This document shows positions 1-12,349 of a stretch of DNA of 64,000 nucleotides, piece after piece. A model generated the notes under the pieces. It was given only the letters and a program-made list of their open reading frames with translations, had not been told where the DNA came from and did no database searches. The DNA comes from Calcarisporiella thermophila CBS 279.70 (taxonomy: Eukaryota; Fungi; Calcarisporiellomycota): NCBI RefSeq assembly GCF_041956535.1, contig NW_027192224.1:122195-186194 (forward strand). Reading direction: 5' to 3'. Made by a program: the position numbers and the translations under genes. Within the stretch, counting starts at the first letter, position 1; each line of letters starts with the position of its first letter.

Positions 1-505
1 CGGATTTTGGGCCGAAGAGTGGCCAGAGCTGTCAACCGAATGCGGCGCGGCCAGATGACAGCTGGCATGCGCAGGGCCGCTGCTGGCAGGGGGGGGGGGG
101 GGCGCGAGGACCGGGGGGGTGTTTGGGGATGGGCGGAATTGTCTCTAAAGGTAATTCGCCTCTGATCTCCTTATGGGCATTCGGTGCGGGTCCATATTAG
201 AAATCACAAAGCGGTGAGAGGTCGAGCAGCTGTAAAGGAAGGTGAAAAAATTTTGATTCAAGGTGATTTGAGATTCAAAAAACTCTGCACCACGTGGGCA
301 AGCATAAATAACAAACGGGAACTTTCGGCCTGAGAATTTTGGGGTCTGTTTATCTTTATAAAATTGCCTGGTTTCCGCTCGCCCGCCTCTCTCTGAAGTG
401 GGAACCCATCCTTCTCTTGCGAAGCCTTCTCCAGCCTGCGCCTGCTCTTCCCCTCCCTCTCCGCCGCCTCCTCGCCCGTATTGATCGCCTCTAATCACCT
501 CATCC

Positions 506-3500
506 ATGTTCTCCCGCCTCCCCCTTCTGCGCGCACGCTCTGCGCCGGCTGCCGCCCGCCTCCTCTTCTCCCACCCCTCTAATGCGCGCCAGCGCCTCTG
601 CCCGCCGCGCCGCCTGCACCACGGCGACACCAGGCCCACGCAGGGCGTCTTCGCGCCGCTCGACACCTTCACCAGGCGCCATCTCGGCTCCACCAAGCAG
701 GAGGAGGTCGGCACCATGCTGCAGACGGTCGGAGTGAAGAATTTCGAGGAGCTGGTCAGCAAGGTCGTGCCGCCGGGCATCCGCACGCCCAGGCCGCTCG
801 CCATCGACGGCGGATTCACCGAGAGCGAGCTGCTGCACCGCCTCAAGGCCATTGCATCCAAGAACAAGGTCTACCGCAGCTACATCGGAATGGGCTACAC
901 AAACACCATTGTTCCCGCCGTGATTCTCCGCAATATCCTGGAAAACCCCGGATGGTATACCCAGTACACCCCCTATCAGCCTGAGATTTCCCAGGGCCGC
1001 CTCGAGTCGCTCCTGAACTTCCAGACGATGGTGACCGACATGACCGGGCTTCCAATCGCCAACGCCTCCCTGCTGGACGAGGGCACCGCTGCGGCTGAGG
1101 CAATGCTCATGTGCTGGCAGGCAGGAAAGCGCAAGCGCTCCGTGTTCTTCGTCGACGCCAACTGCCACCCGCAGACCATTGCGTGTCTCCAGACCCGCGC
1201 GGAGGCCTTCGGCATCCGCGTGGCGGTGGGCGACCACCAATCGTTCGATTTCGACGCAGTCAAGAGCGATCTTGCCGGGGTGCTGGTCCAGGTAGGCTCT
1301 CTCTCTCTCTTTTTGCCAAGCAATGCTTAACCCGCTCTAACCTCGCCCCCGCCTCTAGTATCCTGGATCCGACGGCGCCGTCGTCGATTATCAAGCGCTC
1401 AGCGACAAAGTCCATGCGCTGGGAGGCGAGGTGGTGGTTGCCACCGACCTCATGGCCCTCACGATGCTGAAGCCCCCCGGCGAGTTCGGCGCCGACATTG
1501 CCGTCGGCAATAGCCAGCGCTTTGGCGTGCCCCTCGGCTACGGCGGTCCCCACGCCGCTTTCTTCGCATGCAAAGAACACCACAAGCGCCGTATGCCCGG
1601 GCGTCTCGTGGGCGTCTCCAAGGACGCCGACGGCAACAAGGCACTGCGCTTGGCTCTACAGACGCGCGAGCAGCACATCCGTCGTGAGAAGGCAACCAGC
1701 AACGTGTGCACGGCGCAAGCCCTTCTCGCGAACATGTCCGCGATGTACGCCGTGTACCACGGACCCGAGGGTGTGCGCAGCATCGCGCAGAGAATCCACA
1801 ACATGGCCACCGTGCTGGCGGACGGGATCCAGTCTGCGGGCCACCACGTGAAGAGCGAGGTGTTTTTCGACACCCTGACCGTCGAGGTCCAGGGCGGATC
1901 GGCCCAGGCCGTTCTCGACAAGGCCCTTGCCAAGGGCATCAACCTTCGCAGAGTCGATGACAAGACCGTGGGCGTGACCCTCGACGAGGCGGTGACGCGC
2001 GAGGACTTGCAGGATCTGTTCGAGGTGTTCTCCATCGGCTCCACCCCCGAGGCTCTCGCCCAGAAGCTCGGCATCACCCACGAGTCTCCCGCGCAGTTCT
2101 CGGCCACCTTTGCCCGCAAGACCCCCTATCTTCAGCACGAGGTGTTCAACAAATACCACTCGGAGACGGAGATGGTGCGCTACCTGAACCATCTGCAACA
2201 GAAGGACCTCTCCTTGTTGCACTCGATGATCCCGCTCGGATCGTGCACCATGAAGCTGAACGCCACCACCGAGATGATCCCCGTCACGTGGCCCGAGTTC
2301 GCGCAGATCCACCCCTTCGCGCCCCGCGACCAGGCCGAGGGCTACACCATCATGCACAAGGTAACTTCCAACCGGATCGGGTCGGGGGACCCCTTGCGAC
2401 CAAGACTGACCCCTCATTCTCTTTCTCCTCGCCACTAGGAACTGGAGGCCGACATCGCCGAGCTGACCGGATTCGACAGCGTCTCTCTGCAGCCCAACTC
2501 GGGCGCTCAGGGAGAATACGCAGGTCTCCGCGTGATCCGCGCCTACCACGAATCCCGCGGCGAAGCGCACCGCAAGGTCTGCCTTATCCCGGTTTCGGCG
2601 CACGGAACCAACCCCGCCTCCGCCGCCATGGCGGGCATGGACGTGGTCCCGATCAAGTGCGACATCGAGGGCAACCTCGACCTTGACGATATGCGCGCCA
2701 AGGCCGCCAAGTACAAGGACACCCTCGCCGCCGTCATGATCACCTATCCCTCAACCTTTGGGGTGTTTGAGCCGGGAGTGGCCGAGGCCTGCAAGATCAT
2801 CCACGAGCACGGCGGGCAGGTCTACATGGACGGGGCCAACCTGAACGCGCAACTCGGCCTCACCAAGCCTGCCGAGATTGGCGCGGATGTGTGCCACTTG
2901 AACTTGCACAAGACGTTCTGCATCCCGCACGGTGGCGGTGGCCCGGGCATGGGTCCCATCGGCGTCAAGCAACACCTGGCCGAGTTCCTCCCCGGCCACC
3001 CGGTGGTGAACATCGGAAGCGCTAAAGCCATCGGCCCCGTTTCGGCCGCCCCCTGGGGCTCCGCGAGCATCCTCCCGATCTCCTGGGCCTACATCAAGAT
3101 GATGGGCGGCGAGGGGCTCAAGCTTGCCACCCAGACCGCGCTGCTCAACGCCAACTACATGAAGGCACGCCTCGCTCCGCACTACAAAATCTACTACACC
3201 AACTCGGCTGGCTACTGTGCGCACGAGTTCATCGTCGACCTGGCTCCGTTTGAGAAGACGACAGGATTGGGCGCCATTGATGTGGCAAAACGCCTGCAAG
3301 ACTACGGGTTCCACAGCCCCACCATGTCATGGCCGGTGGCCAACACCCTCATGATCGAGCCGACGGAGAGCGAGAGCCTGTCCGAGCTCGATCGCTTCTG
3401 TGACGCCATGATTGCCATCCGGGAGGAGATCCGGGAGGTGGAGGAGGGCAAGCAACCGCGCGGCAACAACGTGCTCGCGCAGGCCCCCCACACGCTCGCG

Positions 3501-3677
3501 ACCCTGATGGCCGACAAGTGGGAGCGCCCCTACCCGAGAGAGAAGGCCGCCTACCCACTGGCCTACTTGAAAACAAGAAAGTTCTGGCCCACCGTCAGTC
3601 GCGTGGATGATGCTTACGGCGATAGACACCTTGTGTGCACCTGTCCGAGTGTGGAGGAGATGGCAGCTGCTGTTTAA
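506..3677 (+). CDS. GCV2: Glycine dehydrogenase (decarboxylating), glycine cleavage system P protein, mitochondrial; introns 1292-1358 and 2361-2438
   Basis: Motifs [55 protein letters not shown] and PLP-lysine HLNLHKTF; Arg-rich presequence; two GT-AG introns restore the frame (VQ|YPG, HK|ELE). Confidence 0.97.
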
Positions 3678-3980
3678 CCTGCCTGAGGCGATTGTAGAAA
3701 CGTTTGGGAATTGAGATTTTTCTTTGGGTTTTTGTATTTTTTTTTTCTACTTATTGCTGGTTTATTTCTTTCTTTTTTTTATGGTATAGAAGTTGCTTGT
3801 TTTTCTTTTATTTCGCTGATATAGATTTTTTAAATGTTTTGTAATACGAGTTGGCATATCCCTCATTCATACACATCGAAGACCTTTAGGGAGAACTCTA
3901 GTCACATTACCCCTAAAATGTTTTTGGGATCATAGAGTAATAATAATAGATGTCTGTGCTTTAGTTTGGTTGCGTTGCTT

Positions 3981-4410
3981 TTACCCCCCTGTCCTCCCAT
4001 CTACATACACCCTCTCCCATTGTAAATGGATAGGCCAGTCTAACACCCTGCTCACGTATCTATTTCGGCCACTACTTTCCAATCTCCATATTCGTTGGGT
4101 AGGGTTGGGTGTCAAGAGTGATGCAATTTTGCTATTGAAACCTTCCAAGACCCTTAAGAGATCGATGAGGGATTCCTTCGAGTCTATCCGCAAGAAAGCA
4201 TGCCAAATAGGCTGAACTAGATTATTTTACCTTTTCCCAAAGCAATTTGCGTAGTAGCTTTGCGCCAATTCCCTTTTTGAGATAGATGAATCTTAAGGGT
4301 CCTTTGGATGTGCGAATATCCCGCCAAAATGTTGTGTTGAGTTTTAGCGACCTTACTCCTTCATTGAAGAGGTCATTCAGACCTATCCACCTCAACCTTT
4401 CGAAGGTCAC
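3981..4410 (-). mobile_element. Degenerate non-LTR (L1/Tx1-like) retrotransposon ORF2 C-terminal remnant
   Basis: Two frameshifted minus-strand ORFs read TTFWRDI...GPLRFIY and WHAFLRIDSKESLIDLLRVL...RIWRLESSG, resembling the FWxDxW...PL and W.F.R...E.L..LL...W.LE.SG motifs that precede zf-RVT in L1-clade ORF2. No RT core is present. Confidence 0.4.
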
Positions 4411-5141
4411 CTAACTTTATACTCTCCCATCCTATGAGAACCTGAGTGCTCTTTACATTACACGCATTTTCACCGTCCACTCTTTTATTCACGCGTTCAA
4501 AATCGATTCTAACCCAGCCCCCGGTTTCCTGCGCGGTTTATAATTCTTGTGGATCCTAAATAACAATTCCAATCTCAGGCTATAGTGCATGCTTCATTGG
4601 TCATGGTATATTTGCTTTATCTGATGCTTATTGATGGAACATGGTGAGTGCTCTCAAGATTGGTATGCAACTCCAGGATGTAACCACTCAATATATAAGT
4701 ATATATATGTGTGTGTATGTATGTATGCATGCATGGGTTACAATCAAAATACACAAGGAACTACTTGGGACAACCTTGAAGCTCATCCCCAGTTATAACG
4801 GGATAAAGCACCACATTCTGAAAATTGATAAATAAAATTGGTTGATTACATAAACACACCACCTAAATACTACGAAGATGGGCAAAACTCTACTGACATT
4901 CCAATCCCTAGATTATTTATAGAGACAAGAGATGAACTGTTGGACAAACCGTTTTTAAATCCCGCAATCCCTTTATATTTGCCAATAAAGGGGCCACGTT
5001 GAATGTTTTTCTAAATCAATTACAAGATATCAAGACCTAAAATGGACGACGCACCTTCCAAACGAGAGCATAAATACAGGGTGCTTGGCTTATCGTTTTG
5101 CTTTTTAATTTGCAATTTAACTCGGCTCTTCTTTCTAAACA

Positions 5142-6072
5142 ATGTTGCTTAAATCCATAGCCAGCTTGGTCCTCGTTGCGTTCTCTGTTGCTGCACAAGA
5201 TACAACGGCTCGACCCAATGCCAAGCGCGTTGTTGTGTTCGGTATCGATGGAGGAGGCTCGTTCATGCAGTGGGGAAACGCTCCTAATTTGAAGAAGTTT
5301 ATTAAGGAATCCGCATACACGTACAAGGCTAAGGCAATGGTCCCTACCATCTCCGGTGAGTGTGAGAATGGGCTCTCAAGCATGGAGTTTGTGATAAATA
5401 TTGAACTCTGCAAATATAGCCCAAAACTGGGGGTCCATGATTCACGGGGTTGTTCCGTCAAAACATGGCCTCACCAACAGTGTGGCCGAAAAGAAGCCCT
5501 ACCCGGAAGACTCGTCCTATCCTTCGCTTTTCAAGCTTCTCCAGAAGGAGCGGCCCGGAATCGTCATGGCATCGATCGCAGGTTGGCCCGCCATCAATAT
5601 TGGCATCATCGAAGAGAGTGTAAAAATGACAAAAGTCACTGGCGATGACTTCACCAACAACACCCCCAAAGCCGTGGAGTACATCAAGAATAATGACTTC
5701 CAAATTCTCTTCATTCACCACGAACAAATGGACGACCTTGGCCATGCACACGGATACAACTCGACCACTTACATCAACGGGTGGCCCAAGACCGACAATG
5801 CATTCGGCCAGGTGCTGAAGGCTATCGATGAGAGCGGAAAAGCGAAAGATACAATTGTGCTTGTCACCTGTGACCACGGAGGAATCGGAAAGGGCCATGG
5901 GGGAACTACTCCTGGCGAAGTGAACATCCTTTGGGCAGCACGTGGCCCTGGTATTAGAGCACATGAAATCAAAAGCGAGGTGCGGAACATGGATATTGCC
6001 GCTGTAATGGCGCACGCCGTTGACTTCAAACCTCCCTCGAATTGGGACGCAAAACTTCCCAACATTTTTTAA
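5142..6072 (+). CDS. Secreted alkaline phosphatase superfamily (type I phosphodiesterase/NPP-like) enzyme, copy A; intron 5356-5419; about 288 aa
   Basis: Signal peptide; VVVFGIDG, PTIS-A-QNWG (Ser nucleophile), DDLGHAHG, VTCDHGG and GHGG give a complete bimetal ligand set. Confidence 0.9.
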
Positions 6073-7009
6073 TCCTGGGATATACCATTGCAATGGGTAC
6101 AACACGGGCTAATAAAAATGCCAGTATCTACTTTCCTCATTACCAATATTGGGAGGCGACTGGATAGCCGCTTCCTAGTTCTTGATACCACTTAGAATTT
6201 ACAAAAATATTATCCTTTAATAAACCTTTTAAGATATTATTTGTGCAGGCATATATATTGCATCCCAACCAAAAAAAAAGTTAGAGAAGAGTTTTGTCCA
6301 TAGATAAGTATGGCTTTACAAGTAATTGAAAAAACCCTCGAATCGTGTCCTTCACACTACTACAAACTATGACGAAAATCTCCAACTAAACCTCTGCAAC
6401 AACCTAAATTTTGATCATGCAATAGTTAATGCATTCGGTACTTCAATAGATAAACCTCTATAAAAGTTTATTTAGATTATTCAGTTCACGCTAACTGAAA
6501 CCCAAGCACAAAGTATAATGTGCCTAAAAACTAATGGCTAAAGTAGCTGAATAGTTTCTGTTGAATATTCTCTTTGAAAATACATTTAGAATATCATACT
6601 TTGCTCAAAGTATTTTTGCTCGTATTCAAGACATAACCTTCTCCGACTTAGTTTTGGTCTGATAGCTCTGGTCTATTACTCAACTATCAAAGTGGCAAGA
6701 AACAATAGGACAAATCAAAGGGATCATCGTAACCTGTCTTTATTATTATTGAAAGAGTTATAATATATATACACCTGTGTTTCAACAAAGACGAAAATAC
6801 CACTCATGAACTACATGTTTTATGAAATTCAATTAAAAAAATAAACAAATATCAATAAAATTTCCTAATTTGATTTGTTGCCTTCCGAATTTAGGTCATA
6901 TTAAGAAACACGTTATAATACTAGTGAATCCTTAATAAAGGGGCTCAGAGCTACACCCTCTGGCAAAGCAGAGTCAACCGAGGGCTCATTGATAATTATT
7001 GAAGCCTAG

Positions 7010-7946
7010 ATGTTTTGCTTATTTGCAACTGCGTTAGCATTTTTCGCTCTTCCCATGGCAATCTATGGCGAAGGGAGTCGACCCGAAATTAAACGAGTAG
7101 TTGTGTTTGGGATTGACGGGGGAGGAGCGTTTGTGCAATGGGGTAACGCGCCCAATCTGAAGAACTTCATCAAAGAATCCGCGTATACCTTTGAGGCAAA
7201 AGCAATGACCCCGACGATTTCAGGTGCGTATACATGTTTTGAGTCATCAACATCGAAGAATTAGGTATTGAGCAGTAACCGATTTGATGAATAAAGCTCA
7301 GAACTGGGGGGCCATGATCCATGGGGTAGGCCCATCGAAACATGGGCTTACTAACGAGATCGCAGAGAGCACCCCTTATCCCGAGGACTCGCCCTACCCC
7401 TCGCTGTTTAAACTGCTTCAGAAGGAGCGGCCCGACATTGTCATGGCATCGATTTCGGGATGGACGCCCCTCAATAGAGGCATTATTGAAGAGAGCGTGA
7501 AAATGACTAAGATCAATGGGGAGGATGCAGAAAATACGCCCAAAATCGTCGATTATATTAAAAACAACGATTTCCAACTTTTATTTATTCACCACGAGCG
7601 TATGGATGATATCGGGCATGCGCACGGGTGGAATTCCACCGAGTATATCAATGCATGGCCCCAGACGGATGAAATGTTCGGCCAAGTGCTAGCGGCCATT
7701 GACGAGAGCGGAAAGAGGAAGGACACGATTGTGGTAGTAACGTGCGATCATGGCGGCTTGGGCAAGACCCATGGGGGAACCACGCCGGGAGAGTTGAATA
7801 TCCTATGGGCCGCACGTGGGCCGGGGATTGAGGCGCGGCAAATCAAAGGGCAAGTGCGGAATATGGATGTTGCATATGTCATGGCGGATGCCCTTGGCTT
7901 CAAACCACCCGCCAACTGGGACGCAAGACTTCCAGATATCTATTAA
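7010..7946 (+). CDS. Secreted alkaline phosphatase superfamily enzyme, copy B; intron 7224-7296; about 287 aa
   Basis: Same motifs and same intron position as copy A; signal peptide. Confidence 0.9.
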
Positions 7947-8911
7947 TGGCGCTAGTTTAGTTGGCAAGATGCAACTCTACCGCTGCAATAATTGGCAATA
8001 ATACGCAATAAAGTGACAAAAATGTATATTGAGCCTTCTCTTGGTCTTTTGGGAAAAATGAGGAGCTATGCAGCCCTCCAGTTTCCAAGCTCATGTTTTC
8101 TACTCTCGCCAATACCCAGTTGGTAGTTTCGACTACTTACTGGTGGTTATGGTTTGACCATTTCATTAAAGCCCTTATATGCGTCGGTGGGGACAGAAGG
8201 GGCTGGTTCCCAATGGCAACAGGGGAGGGGCGGAGCCGACTCCACGCGAGAAACGAAATCGATTCCGTCGCTACCTTGGTAGACATTTTCTGGTTTGCCC
8301 TTCGAAGCTTGGAGCGTGGATGAGTAAGTATCATAGAGTGCGCCTATTGTGCTACACAGCGGCTTACGGATTAGTTGGGATACATCAGCTTTTCACACTG
8401 CATCTAGAGCCGTACCGAATATATTCTAGAAGCCCCCTAATTAGGCCGATCTTTTTAGTTTTGTATGGATACAGGAAATTTTCCATTTGTAGATCGTGAT
8501 CTCATTAAACTTTTCACCAGCCTATTAAGTTTGGTGATGTCACCCCCTGAGCCTAAACATCTTCACTCTCGTCCAGAAGTTATTCAACATCATCCCGTTC
8601 CACTCCTATACCAATTCATAGCGCATGTCAATGCCTCGTTAGCCCCATCACCACGCCTTGTTAATTTCCTGCTACTATACGGTCCTGTAGTTATCTTTCC
8701 CTACCTAATTTGTGATCTCACCCATTTTTTGTACCCATCCTGCGCTACTATTCTTCATTTGGTACTATCACTCTTTTCTCTACGGTGTAGCCTTCCCACC
8801 GCCTCGCCATTTAGCTGATCATACATCCAACTCTGTCATCCTCTTATTTCTCCACCCATTATAACAATCTCTCTATACCCCTTTTAATCCTTCACCCGTT
8901 TATCCATTACA

Positions 8912-9923
8912 ATGCAAATAGATCCCCCCGCCTCTGTAGGAGATGAACCACCTGCGGCCCTAAGCAACCTAATTACTCAGGTCACCTCCGACAAACTTAC
9001 CCAGATTGAGCTCCAAAAGCCTGCCTCCGTCGCTCCGCGGCCCATTCCCACATCCATTCACAGGCATCTGAAGGGGCTATTATCGATTTTTCTCTGTTGT
9101 GCGTGCAATGTGCTGGAGAATGACAGGCTCAAGAAGCCATCCAGTGAGGGAACAAGTGCCGCGGGAGGGAAGAGTTGCGGTAATCTAAAGACATTGATGA
9201 ACGGTAATGCAAAGGACAGCAAAAAGGTAAGTATCGTTGTAGGAAGACGACCTGGCATAAGCTAATCGGACCATTCGACTCTTTTCCTTAAGCATTCGGG
9301 GTATTTGCTCGGCCCAGCCGCTCCTGGGGATGAGAGTCGGAAATGCCTAGTGCTCGATCTCGACGAGACTCTCGTGCATAGCTCGTTCAAGAAAACGGCC
9401 GATGCGGATTTCGTGGTCCCGGTGGAAATCGATAACCAGGTCCACAGCGTGTATGTCCTGAAGAGGCCGGGGGTAGACGAGTTTTTGCGACGCATGGGCG
9501 AGCTTTTCGAGGTGGTGGTTTTTACGGCGAGTTTAGCCAAGGTAGCTATGGGGGTCTTTGGATGGTTTGGATCGAATTCTGACCATGGCTTCTTTTGGCC
9601 GATAGTACGCAGACCCTGTTCTTGACCTCCTCGACACTCACAAAATAGTGAAGCACCGCCTGTTTCGAGAGGCGTGTTGCAACCACAAGGGCAGCTACGT
9701 GAAGGATCTCTCGCAACTGGGGCGTAACCTCGAACACATCATCATCATCGATAATTCTCCGCTCTCCTACCTCTTCCATCCGAAGAACGCAGTGCCCATC
9801 TCCTCGTGGTTTTCGGACGCACACGACACGGAGCTACTGGACTTGATCCCCTTTTTAGAGGAGCTGAGCAGGGTGGATAACGTGGTGACCGTGCTTGACA
9901 GTGGGAAAAGCGAGGCGACATGA
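8912..9923 (+). CDS. PSR1: Psr1/Psr2-type (SCP/NIF, FCP1-like HAD) protein phosphatase; introns 9227-9292 and 9542-9605
   Basis: [51 protein letters not shown]; N-terminal LCCAC palmitoylation-type motif. Confidence 0.92.
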
Positions 9924-10694
9924 GCCAACCTTAATATGCTTAATCTACTCATTACTCTACGGATACTATTTAATTCAATTTGCTGGTATTTGGCGCCGAT
10001 TACCATTTCTCATTATCTTTTTCTTTTTCGTACTTCTAATACGCGTTCTCCACCTTCACCCCTCCCTCCCCCACCTTTCTCTTCCCCACACAATTTTAAT
10101 GAGTTCACTTACTTTCACCCCCTATGAATTTCCTCTGTTGTTTAGGTTTATATTCAGTCCGTTTAATGTCTATTGTTTTCTGATTTGTTTCCCATTACTT
10201 TATTTATTTTATTTACCAGAGAAGAAGCAATCCATCTCGCATATATCTTTTCGTTTTTGTTTTCTCTCTCTTTTTCTTGTGTTTTTCTTTCTATGATTCC
10301 ATGTAGAGAGTAGATGAATTGAGATAATGTATTGTAAAACTTTAAGATATCGACGAATTAGCTACACCTCACACACATCCATATAAGTTATATATATATG
10401 AGGGGGCTGCGGTAGGAGGCCAGCGGACAACTAGGGGGAGGAGCGACGACTCAGTAAAAATAAACAAATTCAAAAAGCAAGTGGGGTAAAACAAAACAGA
10501 AAATAAAACGCTATAAATACACTGGGAGGTGGGGTGGACTGTATAGTAGAAAGGGTGAAAGTGGGAGGGAGAGGAGACTTGAACACTTTATGGAATACTT
10601 CGAACGATAGATGTAGTAAGGCATTCTAACATATCCGTCTTGGAAAAAAAGGCGTTAAGAAAGGGGACCGTGTAAATAATAAGGGCAATGGGAG

Positions 10695-12349
10695 TTAGTC
10701 GCTCTCTCGCCTCCGTCTTTTGGAGTCGTGCGATTCGACTTTCCCGTCTTCCCATCGATCTGTTCCGTTCTGGTCCCGAGAATATTTTTGATGGGGCTGC
10801 TGCTGAGGTTGTGGCTGTTGCGGGGGTGGGGGCTGCGACTTTGGCTGAATCGCAATGGGTTTATAACCATCCGAGGGCTGGTGAAGAGAATTGATTCTCG
10901 GCAGCCTCCCTTGCTTCTGCTGCGCTGGCGACGCAGGATAGGGGGCACTTCCCGCACGTTTCTCTCCATCCTTCGCGGGCATATCCCCCACCGTCTCCGG
11001 GCTTTGGCATCTCACCAGCACAGGGTCTCCAGGAGGGGGCGCTCCGGGTGAAGCAAATGGAGCCGCAGAAGGAAATTGTATCGGGGGTAGTGTGATATGG
11101 GAATTATATCTGGCGGCTCCTATACCCACGCCGGGGGCATTGAAGGATTCTGAGCCTCGCGCTCCATTGATTCCGGCTTCTGGGCGCATTTCGTTGCTGC
11201 CAGAGCTTCGCGCAGAGCCGGGTTGGCTGAGCGCGGGGCTCGAAGTTCCATTACCGCTGTGGTTAGGTGGAATGGCGACTGGGGCAGAATTCATGGCAAA
11301 TTGGTCATGCGCAGGGCGAAAATGTTGGGCGAGTAGCGGGTAGGTATTATTGGAGGTAAAGTATTCCGAGGAGCTGGCCGCGGGAGCGCGTTGTGTCATG
11401 TCTTGCTGAAGCGTGGATGCACTCTGAGCAAGTGATTGCGCGATTTTGACGAATTCTTTGTTGTCTTGCTGCCTGCACAGCGAGTTGATCAGATGGATTG
11501 TTTCCGAGAGCAACTAAGGACGAAGAGGGTTAGCGTGGCTACCGACAGAAATCACGCAGTGCATACCTTTTGCTGCTCAGATGCCAGAGTTCTCCACAAG
11601 GCCATCTGCTGGGCCATCGCCTCGTGGCTCCGCGATAAGTGGACATATTTTTGCTCCATCTCCCCAAGGCGTTTTGTCACGGAATCCAGTCGTTCCTCAT
11701 GCACTTCAGCAGCCTGCTGTCCCGTCAGAGGAATCCCACCTAGTTTGTTTAAGCTGAGCGACGACTTTGGGCATTTGCGCTTTATGCTACCCAGTAGGTC
11801 ATGCCGTCCACGCTGGAAATCGGGGTGCTTGAATTCGCAACTTGATTGAAAATCGTTGGTGGTTGTATGGAACACATCGTTGACTTTGTGAAAGCCATAC
11901 ACTGTGATAAATAAAAAAAGGGATTAATACCTGATGTTTAGGCGAGTTAAGAGGAGAGAGAGGCCTACTGTTCAGCTGACGAACAAAACTCTGCCAATTA
12001 TTATGTTTGAAATATTGGGGCAGAATTGTATGAGAGAATTCATTCGGATTTGAGACGTAGAATACGTCGCCAGAAGGCGCCCATTTTATCAGTTCATTGT
12101 CCTCTTCGAGCATGCTGTTCATACAAGCTTGGTCATCAGCACGGGTTATAGAAAAAAAAAGAGAGGATGTGGTCGGTATTCTAACCTGTATAATTTATGC
12201 ACGAATGCTGCCGTCGATCCCCCCGACGATGACTGCGAGCCATTTTTGGGAGATCGGAGAGGGGAGCGCTGCGGCGAAGAGGATTGATTGCCATTAAGTC
12301 CTTCGGTTGAATCTACAGCAGGTGATTTCGAGACGAGGGAGTCTGTCAT
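10695..12349 (-). CDS. HSF-type DNA-binding transcription factor without a receiver domain; 3 introns including 12115-12185 and 11514-11566
   Basis: [46 protein letters not shown]; coiled-coil segment; Pro/Gln-rich C-terminus. Confidence 0.9.

Noticed and set aside
27-63. AGCTGTCA...TGACAGCT inverted repeat
   Set aside because: Only 8 bp and at the window edge; cannot be separated from chance or a simple TF site pair.
145-3629. Long antisense and alternate-frame ORFs over GCV2 (e.g. 500-1240, 1656-2603)
   Set aside because: Shadow ORFs expected from strong GC3 bias; no independent motifs.
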